Assembly: GCA_045117415.1 (NCBI GenBank)
Contig: JBGUNO010000028.1
Coordinates: forward strand, 5,111 to 69,110
Length of the DNA: 64,000 nt
From: Prevotella sp.
Lineage (GTDB): Bacteria; Bacteroidota; Bacteroidia; Bacteroidales; Bacteroidaceae
Direction of reading: 5' to 3'
The notes under the pieces are model-generated. The model had not been told where the DNA came from. It saw only the letters and a program-made list of their open reading frames with translations, and did not search any database. A program made the position numbers and the translations under genes. The stretch's first letter is position 1. Every line of letters starts with the position of its first letter. Positions 8,912-19,054 of the stretch are shown piece after piece.

Positions 8912-10783
8912 ATGAAGAAAATTAATATTTTAGTACTATCAATGGTGAGTACTTTCTTGTGCTCAACATCTGTTGTGGCAGAGGATGTCACAGACTCCCT
9001 GTCGTTGGAAGGAGTTGTGGTGACAGGAACACGCAACGCTACAGATATCCGTCATTTGCCAATGACAGTAACCGTCATCGACCGGGAGAAGCTGACAGAG
9101 CAACACCAGACATCGGTATTACCGACAGTGATGCAACAGGTTCCTGGACTCTTCGTCACCAGTCGCTCCATGATGGGCTATGCAGTATCCACAGGAGCCG
9201 CTGGCGGTATTAACCTTCGTGGTATTACAGGAGGCGCAGGACAGTTGCTCGTCTTGATCGACGGTCACCCACAATACAACGGTATTTACGGACACCCCAT
9301 CGCTGACAGTTACCAGACTTTGATGGCTGAGCGTGTGGAGGTGCTACGCGGTCCTGCCTCCGTCCTCTATGGCAGTAATGCGATGGGTGGAGTACTCAAT
9401 ATCGTCACCCGTTCCATGCGTGAAAACGGAGTGAAGACAACTATCGACCTCGGAGCAGGCAGTTATGGTACTATACAGGCAGAAGCCTCCAACCAGTTAC
9501 GGAGCGGTAAGTTCTCCTCCACCCTGTCAGCGCAATACAGTCGTACTGACAACCACCGTCCCCGTATGGGTTTTGAACAGTATGGAGGTTACCTGAAACT
9601 AGGTTACGATATCAGTGACCACTGGAACACCTATATCGATGCTAACCTGACCCACTTCAACGCCTCATACCCCGGCACTGTCAGCAATCCTCTCTATGAC
9701 GCCGACCAGTGGATCACCCGCGGAGTGGTCTCTGCAGCTCTGGAGAATCACTATAACCGCACCAGTGGAGCACTGAGCGTTTACAGTAATTTCGGGCGAC
9801 ACAAGATTGACGACGGGACGTCAAATCCCGACCAGCCCACCCAACGCTATTTCCGTTCGAAAGACGCGCTGATAGGTGTCTCATGGTATCAGGGCGCACA
9901 AATCTTTGAGGGTAACCGACTGACTATCGGCGTTGACTACCAGCACATCTATGGTTATGCCTACTATACCTCAAAACAGACTGGCGAGGTGCTCGACACC
10001 CCTAACAAACAAAGTGGTAAGAGCTATCGCAATGAGATAGCAGGCTATGTGGATTTCCGTCAAGACCTCACCTCATGGCTGACCATTGACGCAGGACTGC
10101 GCCTTGACCATCATTCTGTAGTGGGTACGGAATGGGTTCCACAGGCAGGTGTCGTCGTACGACCCATCCAGACAGGTGAGATAAAAGCGATGGTGAGCAA
10201 AGGATTCCGTAACCCAACGATGCGCGAGATGTACCTCTACCCTCCATCCAATGAGGAGCTGAAACCAGAACGTCTGTGGAATTACGAACTGTCATGGAAA
10301 CATCGTCTGGGAGCCTTCAACTATGGTGCCAATTTCTATTATATAAAAGGTGATAATATGATCCAGACAGTCAACCGTATGAATGTCAACACGGGGGAGA
10401 TTAAGAACTATGGTATGGAGCTGGAGGCAGACTGGCGCATCAGCAGCCACTGGGCAGTGAACACCAACCACTCACTGCTGCACATGGAACATCCTGTCAT
10501 TGCCGCTCCTACCTATAAAGGATTCCTGGGTGCCAATTACTATTGTGACAAATGGTCTGTCGTGGCAGGACTGCAATATATCAGCGGGTTGTATACTGCT
10601 GTCGGTGACGCAGAACAGAAAGAGAACTTCTGTCTGCTGAATGCCTCCGTTAACTATGCCTTGACAAAATACCTCACGCTCTGGCTGCATGGGGAAAACC
10701 TGCTGGCACAAAGTTACGAGATCAACCTTGGCTATCCCATGCCACGAGCAACGTTTATGGGGGGTATCAACTTGAGATTCTAA
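8912..10783 (+). CDS. TonB-dependent receptor (BtuB/CirA-like, non-SusC)
   Basis: VVVTGTR TonB box, ERVEVLRGPASVLYGSNAMGGVLNIVT plug motif, terminal Phe. Confidence 0.92.
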   Translation: MKKINILVLSMVSTFLCSTSVVAEDVTDSLSLEGVVVTGTRNATDIRHLPMTVTVIDREKLTEQHQTSVLPTVMQQVPGLFVTSRSMMGYAVSTGAAGGINLRGITGGAGQLLVLIDGHPQYNGIYGHPIADSYQTLMAERVEVLRGPASVLYGSNAMGGVLNIVTRSMRENGVKTTIDLGAGSYGTIQAEASNQLRSGKFSSTLSAQYSRTDNHRPRMGFEQYGGYLKLGYDISDHWNTYIDANLTHFNASYPGTVSNPLYDADQWITRGVVSAALENHYNRTSGALSVYSNFGRHKIDDGTSNPDQPTQRYFRSKDALIGVSWYQGAQIFEGNRLTIGVDYQHIYGYAYYTSKQTGEVLDTPNKQSGKSYRNEIAGYVDFRQDLTSWLTIDAGLRLDHHSVVGTEWVPQAGVVVRPIQTGEIKAMVSKGFRNPTMREMYLYPPSNEELKPERLWNYELSWKHRLGAFNYGANFYYIKGDNMIQTVNRMNVNTGEIKNYGMELEADWRISSHWAVNTNHSLLHMEHPVIAAPTYKGFLGANYYCDKWSVVAGLQYISGLYTAVGDAEQKENFCLLNASVNYALTKYLTLWLHGENLLAQSYEINLGYPMPRATFMGGINLRF

Positions 10784-10802
10784 TCAAGTGACACCTCACC
10801 TA

Positions 10803-13019
10803 CTATAACCTACTTACTTGTTTAACACCCCTCACTGTACGGAGTTTCTTAATAAGAGACTCCAAGTGGGTGTTGTCGTTAATCATGATGACGAGATTTC
10901 CACTGAACAGACCATCGTGCGAGTCGATGTTGATACTGCGGAGCACGAGTTTCTCATCCTTGGAGATGATACTGGTGAGGTTGTTGACGATGCCGATATC
11001 ATCATTGCCGATGACACGCAGGGTGATGGCATACTGTGACGAGCCCTTGCCGCTCCATCGTGCCTTGACGATACGATAACCGAAACGTTTCTTGAGCTCA
11101 GGAGCATTGGGACAATCCTCACGATGAATCTTGATGCCGCCGCTGACCGTCACAAAGCCGAAAACCTTATCGCCATAGATAGGCTGACAGCACCGTGCCA
11201 ACTGATAGTCAACACCCTTCATGCCCTGGTCGATGACGAGAACGTCGTCGGAAAGTTGAGCGTTGAATGTGGAGAGTTGAGAGTCGTCTAAGACAAAGTC
11301 GGAAGCACTCTGGGCGATATTATTACCCGTGACAGGCTGTTCGTCATGCTGTATCTCCACATATTTATCGATGACATGGTTGACATCGAGTGTACCGTCG
11401 GCAATCTGCCGGTAGAAATCACTAGTCTCCTTGAAGCCCAGTTTCTTGATGAGGTGCTGCATGGTAGACTCTTCCTGCTCCACCTTACGATTCTTGAATT
11501 TCCGTTCCAACGTCTCTTTGGCAAAAAGAGCCTCCTTGACCTGTGTCTCCTTCAAGGCAAGACGAACCTTCGACTTCGCACGAGAGGTCTTGACGATGTT
11601 CAGCCATTCCTGTCGGGGTTTCTGTGTAGAGGAGGTCATGATCTCCACCTGGTCGCCACTCTGCAATACCTGACGGAGCGACACTACCTTATTATTAATA
11701 CGGGCACCCGTACAAGCACTTCCTATCTTGGAGTGGATATGATAGGCGAAGTCAAGGACCGTGGCTCCCTTGGGAAACTTATATAAGTCACCCTTCGGTG
11801 TGAACACGAAGACCTCGTCCTCGTAAAGGTCCATCTTAAACTGATCCATCGCCTCCAGACCGTCAGAGGTCTCCAGCATCGAACGGATATTCGTCAACCA
11901 CTCGTCCAAGCCCGATTCCCCCTTTACGCCCTTGTAGCGCCAGTGGGCGGCAACGCCACGCTCGGCAATCTCGTCCATGCGCTCCGTACGGATCTGTACC
12001 TCCACCCATTTCTGTTCTGGTCCCAGGACGGTGATATGCAGACTCTCATAACCGTTCGACTTCGGTACACTCAACCAGTCGCGCAGGCGTTTCGGGTTAG
12101 GCTGGTACATCGACGTGACAATGGCAAAGGCCTGCCAACACTCCATCTTCTCCTTCTCCAATGGAGCGTCGATTATCACCCGGATGGCAAAGAGGTCATA
12201 GACACCCTCGAAGTCGCATTTCTGTTTCTTCATCTTCTGCCAGATAGAATGTATCGACTTCGTGCGTCCCTTGATATGGAACTTCAGACCTGCCGCTGTG
12301 AGACGCTCACTGATTGGCTGGATAAAGCGCTCGATATAAGCGTCGCGACTCTTCTTCGTCTCACTCAGTTTCTCCTTGATATGATAGTAGGCATCATGCT
12401 CCAAGTACTTCAACGACAAGTCCTCCAACTCGGACTTCAACTTATAGAGTCCCAGTTTATGGGCAAGGGGCGCATAGAGATAGGCAGCCTCCTCGCTGAC
12501 CTCACGCTTGGCATCCACTTGCCCTGTATCACGGATCTGACGCATCAGGTTGACACGGTCGGCAATCATGATGAGGATGACACGCATATCCTCCGCAAAA
12601 GAGAGCAGCAGGTTACGGAAGTTCTCCGTCTCAATGACCGGGTTCTTCTTATAGAGCTCCTGGATGCGCTGCAGCCCATGCAGGATACGGGCGACAGACT
12701 CCCCGAACTCGCACTTGACCACTTCGATGGTGAGATAATCGTCCTCAATACAAGGATGCAACAGGACAGCAAGAACAGCATCACGCTTCAAGCCTATCTC
12801 CTCGACTACAAGATAGGCGGTCTGGAAACTGAGCAGCATCGGATTCAAGCCGAACACATCACGATGGATATGGTTCTGCTCGATATAATCCGTCAGATAC
12901 TGACGCATCTTCTCCTCATCACCCTCCAGGAGTGACGAACCAATCTCCTGCTTGATGTGGTTATACAGCGAGAGGATATCTTCCTTTTCCTGTGATGTAA
13001 ACTCAAATTTCTCTGTCAT
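10803..13019 (-). CDS. relA: RelA/SpoT family (p)ppGpp synthetase with TGS, ZFD and ACT domains
   Basis: YAPLAHKLG, DLFAIR, PKSNGYESLH, EVQIRT, AAHWRYK, VFTPKG, CCQP. Confidence 0.95.
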   Translation of the reverse strand: MTEKFEFTSQEKEDILSLYNHIKQEIGSSLLEGDEEKMRQYLTDYIEQNHIHRDVFGLNPMLLSFQTAYLVVEEIGLKRDAVLAVLLHPCIEDDYLTIEVVKCEFGESVARILHGLQRIQELYKKNPVIETENFRNLLLSFAEDMRVILIMIADRVNLMRQIRDTGQVDAKREVSEEAAYLYAPLAHKLGLYKLKSELEDLSLKYLEHDAYYHIKEKLSETKKSRDAYIERFIQPISERLTAAGLKFHIKGRTKSIHSIWQKMKKQKCDFEGVYDLFAIRVIIDAPLEKEKMECWQAFAIVTSMYQPNPKRLRDWLSVPKSNGYESLHITVLGPEQKWVEVQIRTERMDEIAERGVAAHWRYKGVKGESGLDEWLTNIRSMLETSDGLEAMDQFKMDLYEDEVFVFTPKGDLYKFPKGATVLDFAYHIHSKIGSACTGARINNKVVSLRQVLQSGDQVEIMTSSTQKPRQEWLNIVKTSRAKSKVRLALKETQVKEALFAKETLERKFKNRKVEQEESTMQHLIKKLGFKETSDFYRQIADGTLDVNHVIDKYVEIQHDEQPVTGNNIAQSASDFVLDDSQLSTFNAQLSDDVLVIDQGMKGVDYQLARCCQPIYGDKVFGFVTVSGGIKIHREDCPNAPELKKRFGYRIVKARWSGKGSSQYAITLRVIGNDDIGIVNNLTSIISKDEKLVLRSINIDSHDGLFSGNLVIMINDNTHLESLIKKLRTVRGVKQVSRL

Positions 13020-13024
13020 GCAGG

Positions 13025-13082
13025 CAAAGGTACGAAATAATCTTTAAATTTTCATCTTTAATCTTTATTTTTTGTATCTTTG
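13025..13082. promoter_or_regulatory. Divergent relA / ligA promoters
   Basis: TACCTTTG on minus (13025-13032) and TATCTTTG on plus (13075-13082). Confidence 0.65.
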
Positions 13083-13102
13083 CAGGCATAAATACTATAA
13101 AT

Positions 13103-15133
13103 ATGGTAGACGACAAGATATCACGGATGCAACAACTCGTCAGGGAGCTGAACGAGGCTTCTGAAGCATACTATAACGGACAGGGCGAGCGCATGACCGA
13201 CTATGAGTGGGACGCTCGCTTCGACGAACTCAGACGACTGGAGCAGGAGACGGGTACTACCCTGCCCGACTCTCCTACCCAGAAAGTATCGGAGGATAGT
13301 ATCACTGGTCAGAAAGAGGAACATGAGTTCGCTGCCCTCTCACTGGCGAAGACGAAGCAACCCGCCGAACTGGTGAAGTGGGCGGAAGGACGGCCCATCT
13401 GGATCTCTTGGAAACTGGACGGTCTGACCTTGGTCGTCACCTATGACAACGGTATGCTGACGAAGGTAGTGACACGGGGCAACGGACATATCGGCACGAA
13501 TATCACACATCTCGCAAAAGCCATCAACGGTATACCACAACAGATTGAGGATAAAGGACATACCGTCATCCGTGGAGAGGCTGTTATCAGCTATGACGAC
13601 TTCGAACGCTTTCTCATCGAGAGTGGTGAGGACTATGCCAATCCACGTAATCTCGCTTCCGGCTCACTGACCCTGAAGGACGTGGAGGAAGTGAAACAAC
13701 GGCATATCCAATGGATTCCCTTTACCTTGGTACATACCGACGAGGATATCACTTCGTGGGGCGAACGCATGGACTGGCTGGAGCACCAAGGCTTCAAGAC
13801 GGTGGAGCACCAGTATGTCGAAGAACCCTCACTCAGTTCTGTGGAAAGTGTTATCAACGTTTTCACCCAAAAAGTCACCAGTAAACAGAATCCCTTCCCC
13901 GTCGACGGACTGGTCGTCTGTTATGACGATACGGAATATGCCCAGACGGGCAGTGTCACGGGACATCATGCCACCAAGGCAGGACTTGCCTTCAAGTGGC
14001 AGGACGAGTCTGCCGACACGGTATTGCAACAGATAGAATGGTCGTGTGCCGCCAGTACGATCTCCCCCGTTGCCGTCTTCCGTCCCGTAGAGTTGGAGGG
14101 CACGACAGTGAAACGCGCCTCACTCTGTAATATCAGTGAGTGTGAGCGATTAGGTATAGGCAGTGCAGGTACGGAGATCAGTGTCATCAAGGCGAACAAG
14201 ATCATCCCGAAGGTCATCAAGGTCATCCGTACGGAAGGCACTTTGGAGATTCCCCATGAGTGTCCCGTCTGCCATGCGGCAACGGAGATACGTATCAGTG
14301 AGGCAAGTGGCACAAAAACACTTCACTGTACCAATACGGAGTGTCCTGCCAAACAACTGAAGAAGTTCGCCCGCTTCGTATCGAAAGAGGGCATGAACAT
14401 CGACGGCATCTCTGAACAGACACTCTCGAAGTTTATCAACCTCGGCTGGGTCAGCGAGTATGCCGACCTCTACGACCTGCGCCGTCATATCCGTGAACTC
14501 GCCAACATGGAGGGCTTCGGTGAGAAGTCCGCCTCCAATATCATGCGTAGCATCGACCGTTCCGCGAATGTGGAGGCACACCGGCTGCTCTATGCCCTGA
14601 ACATCCCTTTGTGCGGCATGGATGTCTGCAAGCGGCTGTTAGGTGCCTACCCATTAGACGAACTTGTCGCTATGACACAGCCACAGCCTGCCGTCGAAGG
14701 CGACCTCTTCGCACCTCTTGACTTTTCCCCTTGCAAGGGGGAGGCAGAAGGGATTCTCTCCCATATCGACGGTATCGGTCCCGAGAAGTCTGCCTCCTTC
14801 GTCAACTGGTTCCGCGACGAGCATAACAGGCAGCGTTACCAACATCTGCGTGAGAAGATCACGGTCACACAGGCTTCCAACGAACCGTCAGGCAGTCGAT
14901 GCGAAGGTCTCACCTTCGTCATCACGGGTGATGTCCATCACTACAAGAACCGCAATGAGCTGAAAGCCTATATCGAGTCGCAGGGCGGCAAGGTGGCTTC
15001 TGCCGTCAGCGGTTCCACGAGTTTCCTGATTAATAACGATGTGACCTCGACTTCCGGCAAGAATCAGAAAGCCCAGCAACTAGGTATCCCGATTATCTCC
15101 GAAGACCAGTTCATCGAACAATACGTGACATAA
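13103..15133 (+). CDS. ligA: NAD-dependent DNA ligase
   Basis: KLDG adenylation motif, TRGNG, NPRNLASGSL, CPVC..CTN.EC zinc finger, C-terminal BRCT. Confidence 0.95.
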   Translation: MVDDKISRMQQLVRELNEASEAYYNGQGERMTDYEWDARFDELRRLEQETGTTLPDSPTQKVSEDSITGQKEEHEFAALSLAKTKQPAELVKWAEGRPIWISWKLDGLTLVVTYDNGMLTKVVTRGNGHIGTNITHLAKAINGIPQQIEDKGHTVIRGEAVISYDDFERFLIESGEDYANPRNLASGSLTLKDVEEVKQRHIQWIPFTLVHTDEDITSWGERMDWLEHQGFKTVEHQYVEEPSLSSVESVINVFTQKVTSKQNPFPVDGLVVCYDDTEYAQTGSVTGHHATKAGLAFKWQDESADTVLQQIEWSCAASTISPVAVFRPVELEGTTVKRASLCNISECERLGIGSAGTEISVIKANKIIPKVIKVIRTEGTLEIPHECPVCHAATEIRISEASGTKTLHCTNTECPAKQLKKFARFVSKEGMNIDGISEQTLSKFINLGWVSEYADLYDLRRHIRELANMEGFGEKSASNIMRSIDRSANVEAHRLLYALNIPLCGMDVCKRLLGAYPLDELVAMTQPQPAVEGDLFAPLDFSPCKGEAEGILSHIDGIGPEKSASFVNWFRDEHNRQRYQHLREKITVTQASNEPSGSRCEGLTFVITGDVHHYKNRNELKAYIESQGGKVASAVSGSTSFLINNDVTSTSGKNQKAQQLGIPIISEDQFIEQYVT

Positions 15134-15138
15134 AGGAC

Positions 15139-16200
15139 ATGCGACATCAACGATTCATTACTCCATTACTTCCTATCGCCATCTGTCTGATTATAGGCAT
15201 CGTGACGGGTTACTGGCTCTCCTTGCAAACAGAGCTGCTTTTGGCATTGATGGCAACCTCCGTCATCCTGTCTCTCCTACTTCACCGTTTCCCACGCTGG
15301 CAGACCTTCTTTATCTATCTGACGACGCTGTTGATGGGTTGCTGGTTGATCCAGCATCCGCTGCCTGATATTCCCGCCATACAAAATGCCGGTGAAAGGA
15401 TGCTCTCCTATCGGATGCACCTCGTGGCAGAACTGCAGACACTCCCCGACAAACCATCCGCCATCATCTCCGCCATGACGTTAGGAGACAAGTCGATGCT
15501 GACCAGAGAGACGAAGGAGGTCTTTAACATCACGGGGGCAGGACATATCCTCGCATTGAGTGGACTGCACCTCGGCATCATATATATGGTACTCTCCCTC
15601 CTTATCCGTAACCATCGCTGGCGCATGGTGAGTCAGATACTTACCCTCCTCGCCATCTGGGCTTTCGCCTTCCTAGTGGGCATGACGCCCAGTGTGGTAC
15701 GTGCCGCCACCATGCTGACCGTCTATGGACTCCTTTCCTTGGGCTATCGCCAGAAGATGAGTGTCAACGTACTCGCCTTTACGGCTATCGTCATGCTCAT
15801 CATCCACCCCCATGCCCTCTTCGAAGTCAGTTTCCAGATGTCGTTCCTTGCTGTCTTCGCTATTCTGGTGTTCTATCCTCCACTCTACGGACTCATCAGT
15901 GAACAATGGTTGATGGAGCATCGAGTGGTACGATGGCTATGGGGCATGACGGCAGTCTCGTTGACAGCACAGATCGGAGTGTCTCCCTTGATAGCCTTTT
16001 ACTTCCACCGTTTCTCCACTTATTTCCTGTTGAGCAACTTCGTCGTCATTCCCTGTGCCTACCTGATCCTCATCGGAACACTGTTGTTCCTGCTCACCCA
16101 CCTCAGCCTCATCGCCACTTTCCTCTCCCTCATTGCCGACTTCATGTACCAGTCGTTGCAATGGATAGCCTCCCTTCCCTATGCGATCATCGAACTCTGA
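15139..16200 (+). CDS. comEC: ComEC/Rec2 competence-domain membrane protein, short form
   Basis: GAGHILALSGLH, PSVVRA, SFQMSF motifs. Confidence 0.88.
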   Translation: MRHQRFITPLLPIAICLIIGIVTGYWLSLQTELLLALMATSVILSLLLHRFPRWQTFFIYLTTLLMGCWLIQHPLPDIPAIQNAGERMLSYRMHLVAELQTLPDKPSAIISAMTLGDKSMLTRETKEVFNITGAGHILALSGLHLGIIYMVLSLLIRNHRWRMVSQILTLLAIWAFAFLVGMTPSVVRAATMLTVYGLLSLGYRQKMSVNVLAFTAIVMLIIHPHALFEVSFQMSFLAVFAILVFYPPLYGLISEQWLMEHRVVRWLWGMTAVSLTAQIGVSPLIAFYFHRFSTYFLLSNFVVIPCAYLILIGTLLFLLTHLSLIATFLSLIADFMYQSLQWIASLPYAIIEL

Positions 16201-16362
16201 GATCTTTAGAACGAAAGCAATATGTCAAGAAAATTGGTCGAAAATTGTGTATGGATTTTTGGAGCTTCTAGAAAATCTGGAGCTTTCAGAACGCTTGTTT
16301 GGAGCAAAAAATGAGAAAGGCGGCATCTAACGGATGGTTAGTCGGCACCTAACTACCCGTTT

Positions 16363-16398
16363 GGTGCCTCCAAACGACTCGAAAGGAGGCACCTTTTT
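16363..16398 (+). terminator. Candidate terminator downstream of ligA-comEC
   Basis: GGTGCCTCC / GGAGGCACC 9-bp stem, 13-nt loop, then TTTTT. Confidence 0.5.
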
Positions 16399-16638
16399 AC
16401 ACGAAAAACAGGGGCAAAAACGGCACTTTTACCCTCCTGACTCCTGTCTTCTGACTCCTGTTTCCCTTTCTCAAACAGATAACTCTCTATGTATGAGCAG
16501 ATTACCCAAATACCTCTCTTTTCGCTCATTTGCGTCCAGCAGCAAACAAAAACGAAAAACGCCCCTGAATTTGAGGCACTTTGTTATGATAATTCATGCC
16601 TTCTTCGATGCTATCTGGTCCTCTGTCATACTGAAGCA

Positions 16639-16716
16639 CAAAAGTACAAAGACTTTCTGAAATAACAAACTTCATGATACAAAATTTGGCTATGTCCCAA
16701 ATTGTTTGTAACTTTG
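16639..16716. promoter_or_regulatory. trpS promoter (+) and an orphan divergent promoter (-)
   Basis: Plus: TTTG(16685)-N20-TAACTTTG(16709). Minus: TTTG(16669)-N19-TACTTTTG(16646). Confidence 0.7.
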
Positions 16717-16741
16717 CCGAACTTTAAAAAAATAGAAGACA

Positions 16742-17830
16742 ATGGGAAAGATTATATTGACTGGTGACCGTCCTACAGGTAAGCTGCACTTAGGACATTA
16801 TATCGGTTCACTGCGCCGACGCGTGGAACTGCAAGAGGCTGGCGACTACGACAAGATGTTTGTGTTTATGGCAGACGTACAGGCTTTGACTGACAATGCC
16901 GACAACCCCGAGAAGATCAGACAGAATATTATAGAGGTGGCTCTCGACTACCTCTCTGCCGGTCTCGACCCGGAGAAGTGCGTGTTGTTCATCCAGAGTC
17001 AGATAGCAGAACTTGCAGAACTGACGACTTATCTGATGAACCTCATCACGGTGAGCCGTGTACAGCGTAATCCGACGGTGAAGACGGAAATCAAGATGCG
17101 TAACTTCGAGGCAAACATCCCACTGGGATTCTTCTGCTATCCCGTCAGTCAGGCTGCGGATATCACCCTGTTTAAGTCGACAACAGTACCCGTCGGTGAA
17201 GACCAGGAGCCGATGCTGGAGGTAACCCGCGAACTGGTACGCCGCTTCAATGCCACCTACGCCCCTGTATTGGTGGAACCTGAGATCATGCTGCCCGAGA
17301 ATGCTACAGCACGTCGTCTCCCCGGAACTGACGGAAAAGAGAAGATGTCGAAGAGCCTCGGCAACTGTATCTACCTCTCTGACGATGCCGACACGGTATG
17401 GCAGAAGGTGCGCTCGATGTACACCGATCCTGAGCATATCAACCTCAACGACCCCGGGCATGTGGAGGGTAATGCGGTATTCACCTATCTGGATGCCTTC
17501 TCGAAGCCAGAAGACTTTGCCAACTTTCTACCTGAATACCAGAACCTCGACGAACTAAAAGACCACTACCGTCGCGGCGGTTTGGGCGATATGAAGTGCA
17601 AGAAGTTCTTGAATCAGATACTGAATGAGATGTTGGAACCCATCCGCTTGCGTCGTCATGAGTTCGAACAGGACATTCCCGAGATTTATAATATATTAAG
17701 GAAAGGTACGGAGAAGGCCCGTGAGACGGCAGCACAGACGATGGACGAGGTACGTGCCGCCATGCGCATCAACTACTTCGACGACGAGGAACTGATCCGG
17801 TCGCAGAGCGAACGGTATAAGGCGTTGTAA
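16742..17830 (+). CDS. trpS: Tryptophan--tRNA ligase
   Basis: [13 protein letters not shown] (HIGH), GEDQ, KMSKS. Confidence 0.97.
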   Translation: MGKIILTGDRPTGKLHLGHYIGSLRRRVELQEAGDYDKMFVFMADVQALTDNADNPEKIRQNIIEVALDYLSAGLDPEKCVLFIQSQIAELAELTTYLMNLITVSRVQRNPTVKTEIKMRNFEANIPLGFFCYPVSQAADITLFKSTTVPVGEDQEPMLEVTRELVRRFNATYAPVLVEPEIMLPENATARRLPGTDGKEKMSKSLGNCIYLSDDADTVWQKVRSMYTDPEHINLNDPGHVEGNAVFTYLDAFSKPEDFANFLPEYQNLDELKDHYRRGGLGDMKCKKFLNQILNEMLEPIRLRRHEFEQDIPEIYNILRKGTEKARETAAQTMDEVRAAMRINYFDDEELIRSQSERYKAL

Positions 17831-17851
17831 TTTTTCTTCGATATACCGGCA

Positions 17852-18328
17852 TTACGGTATACCGGTATAACGACGATAACACTCAAATCGCTCTTCGAGC
17901 GACATATCCGCATAGCGGCGCCACTCTGTGGTGCCGCTATCTTTGTCGTCGAGATAATGGAGGTCATACATGTGACCATAAGCCTCCATCTCGAAAGGAT
18001 TCAACAGATAGCCGGCATTCCTGAGGTGCTTGCGGTAACGGCATGCCTTCAACCAATAGACGATGTATTTCCAGTAGAAACAAATCCATGAGTCGTGGGT
18101 CGAACGTGCTTGATAGAGATGAATCATCTCGTGATTCTTCATCTCATCCCAACAATTGTTGAAACGCTCTGCCTCCTCCTTGCTGTGAGTGATGATATGT
18201 CCGAAAAACGTCATCCCCTCGTAGCCCTTCCGAATCCAGAAGGGAATATTCACGGCTCGCATGTTGTCCAGTTTACTAGGACGGCGAGCACGGAACAGCA
18301 ACGGGAAAATACCCAGCAGATTTGCCAT
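17852..18328 (-). CDS. Hypothetical protein with HExxH zincin-like motif
   Basis: NHEMIHLYQ and NPFEMEAY; -7 element TATCTTTG on minus near 18336-18343. Confidence 0.65.
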   Translation of the reverse strand: MANLLGIFPLLFRARRPSKLDNMRAVNIPFWIRKGYEGMTFFGHIITHSKEEAERFNNCWDEMKNHEMIHLYQARSTHDSWICFYWKYIVYWLKACRYRKHLRNAGYLLNPFEMEAYGHMYDLHYLDDKDSGTTEWRRYADMSLEERFECYRRYTGIP

Positions 18329-18504
18329 GATGCTGCAAAGATACGATATTTCATTGAGAATTAAAAGTCGATCATAGAAAATTAACTATTGAGAATTGAT
18401 TCGCAAAAGTTCTCTATGTACCTTTTGCACACTTTTGCAAACACTTTTTCTTGGAGACTATTGTTTTATTTCGTATCTTTGCATCAACAAAAACGAAAAG
18501 CGAT

Positions 18505-19014
18505 ATGATACTCACCCATCGTGAAATATTTCTGCTCGTCATCTGTGCCGTCATCTACATCACCTTATTTGTGGTGACGATACAATACCACCGACGTAAG
18601 ATACAGTTGCTGCAAAGCCGTCTGGACAATATCCACGCTATGCAGAAGATGGCTGTCATTGAGCAACGTGAGCACGATGTGAACACCATTTTCTCCTCAC
18701 CTATATACCTGCGTATCAAACAATATATTAATGAGGGGCAGAGCATGCACAACGGAGACTGGAATGAACTTGCCGAGGTGGTGAATATGGTATACACCGG
18801 TTTTACGGAGAAACTGTACAGTCTCTATAACATGAGTCACCAAGACTACTACGTGAGTCTTCTCATCAAAGTACGTGTCTCTCCTAAGGATATCGCTACT
18901 CTCACAGCACATAGCAAGGAGAGTGTCGCCTCCACCCGCAGTCGACTCTATACCAAGGTGTTCGGCAAGAAAGGGTCCACAAAGGACTGGGATGATTTCA
19001 TCTTGTCAATTTAA
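18505..19014 (+). CDS. Membrane-anchored protein with C-terminal LuxR-like HTH
   Basis: N-terminal TM helix; SPKDIATLTAHSKESVASTRSRLYTK; start placed downstream of TATCTTTG at 18474. Confidence 0.65.
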   Translation: MILTHREIFLLVICAVIYITLFVVTIQYHRRKIQLLQSRLDNIHAMQKMAVIEQREHDVNTIFSSPIYLRIKQYINEGQSMHNGDWNELAEVVNMVYTGFTEKLYSLYNMSHQDYYVSLLIKVRVSPKDIATLTAHSKESVASTRSRLYTKVFGKKGSTKDWDDFILSI

Positions 19015-19054
19015 ATCGGAATAACGGATTATTGAGATAACGAAACTAAAATTA

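Noticed and set aside
11943-12935. 330-aa ORF antisense to relA, and similar long antisense ORFs at 28988, 50601, 55874 and 63083
   Set aside because: Shadow frames of well-supported genes, with no motifs
16334-16660. 108-aa intergenic ORF
   Set aside because: Runs through hairpins and a heptamer repeat; no protein-like features
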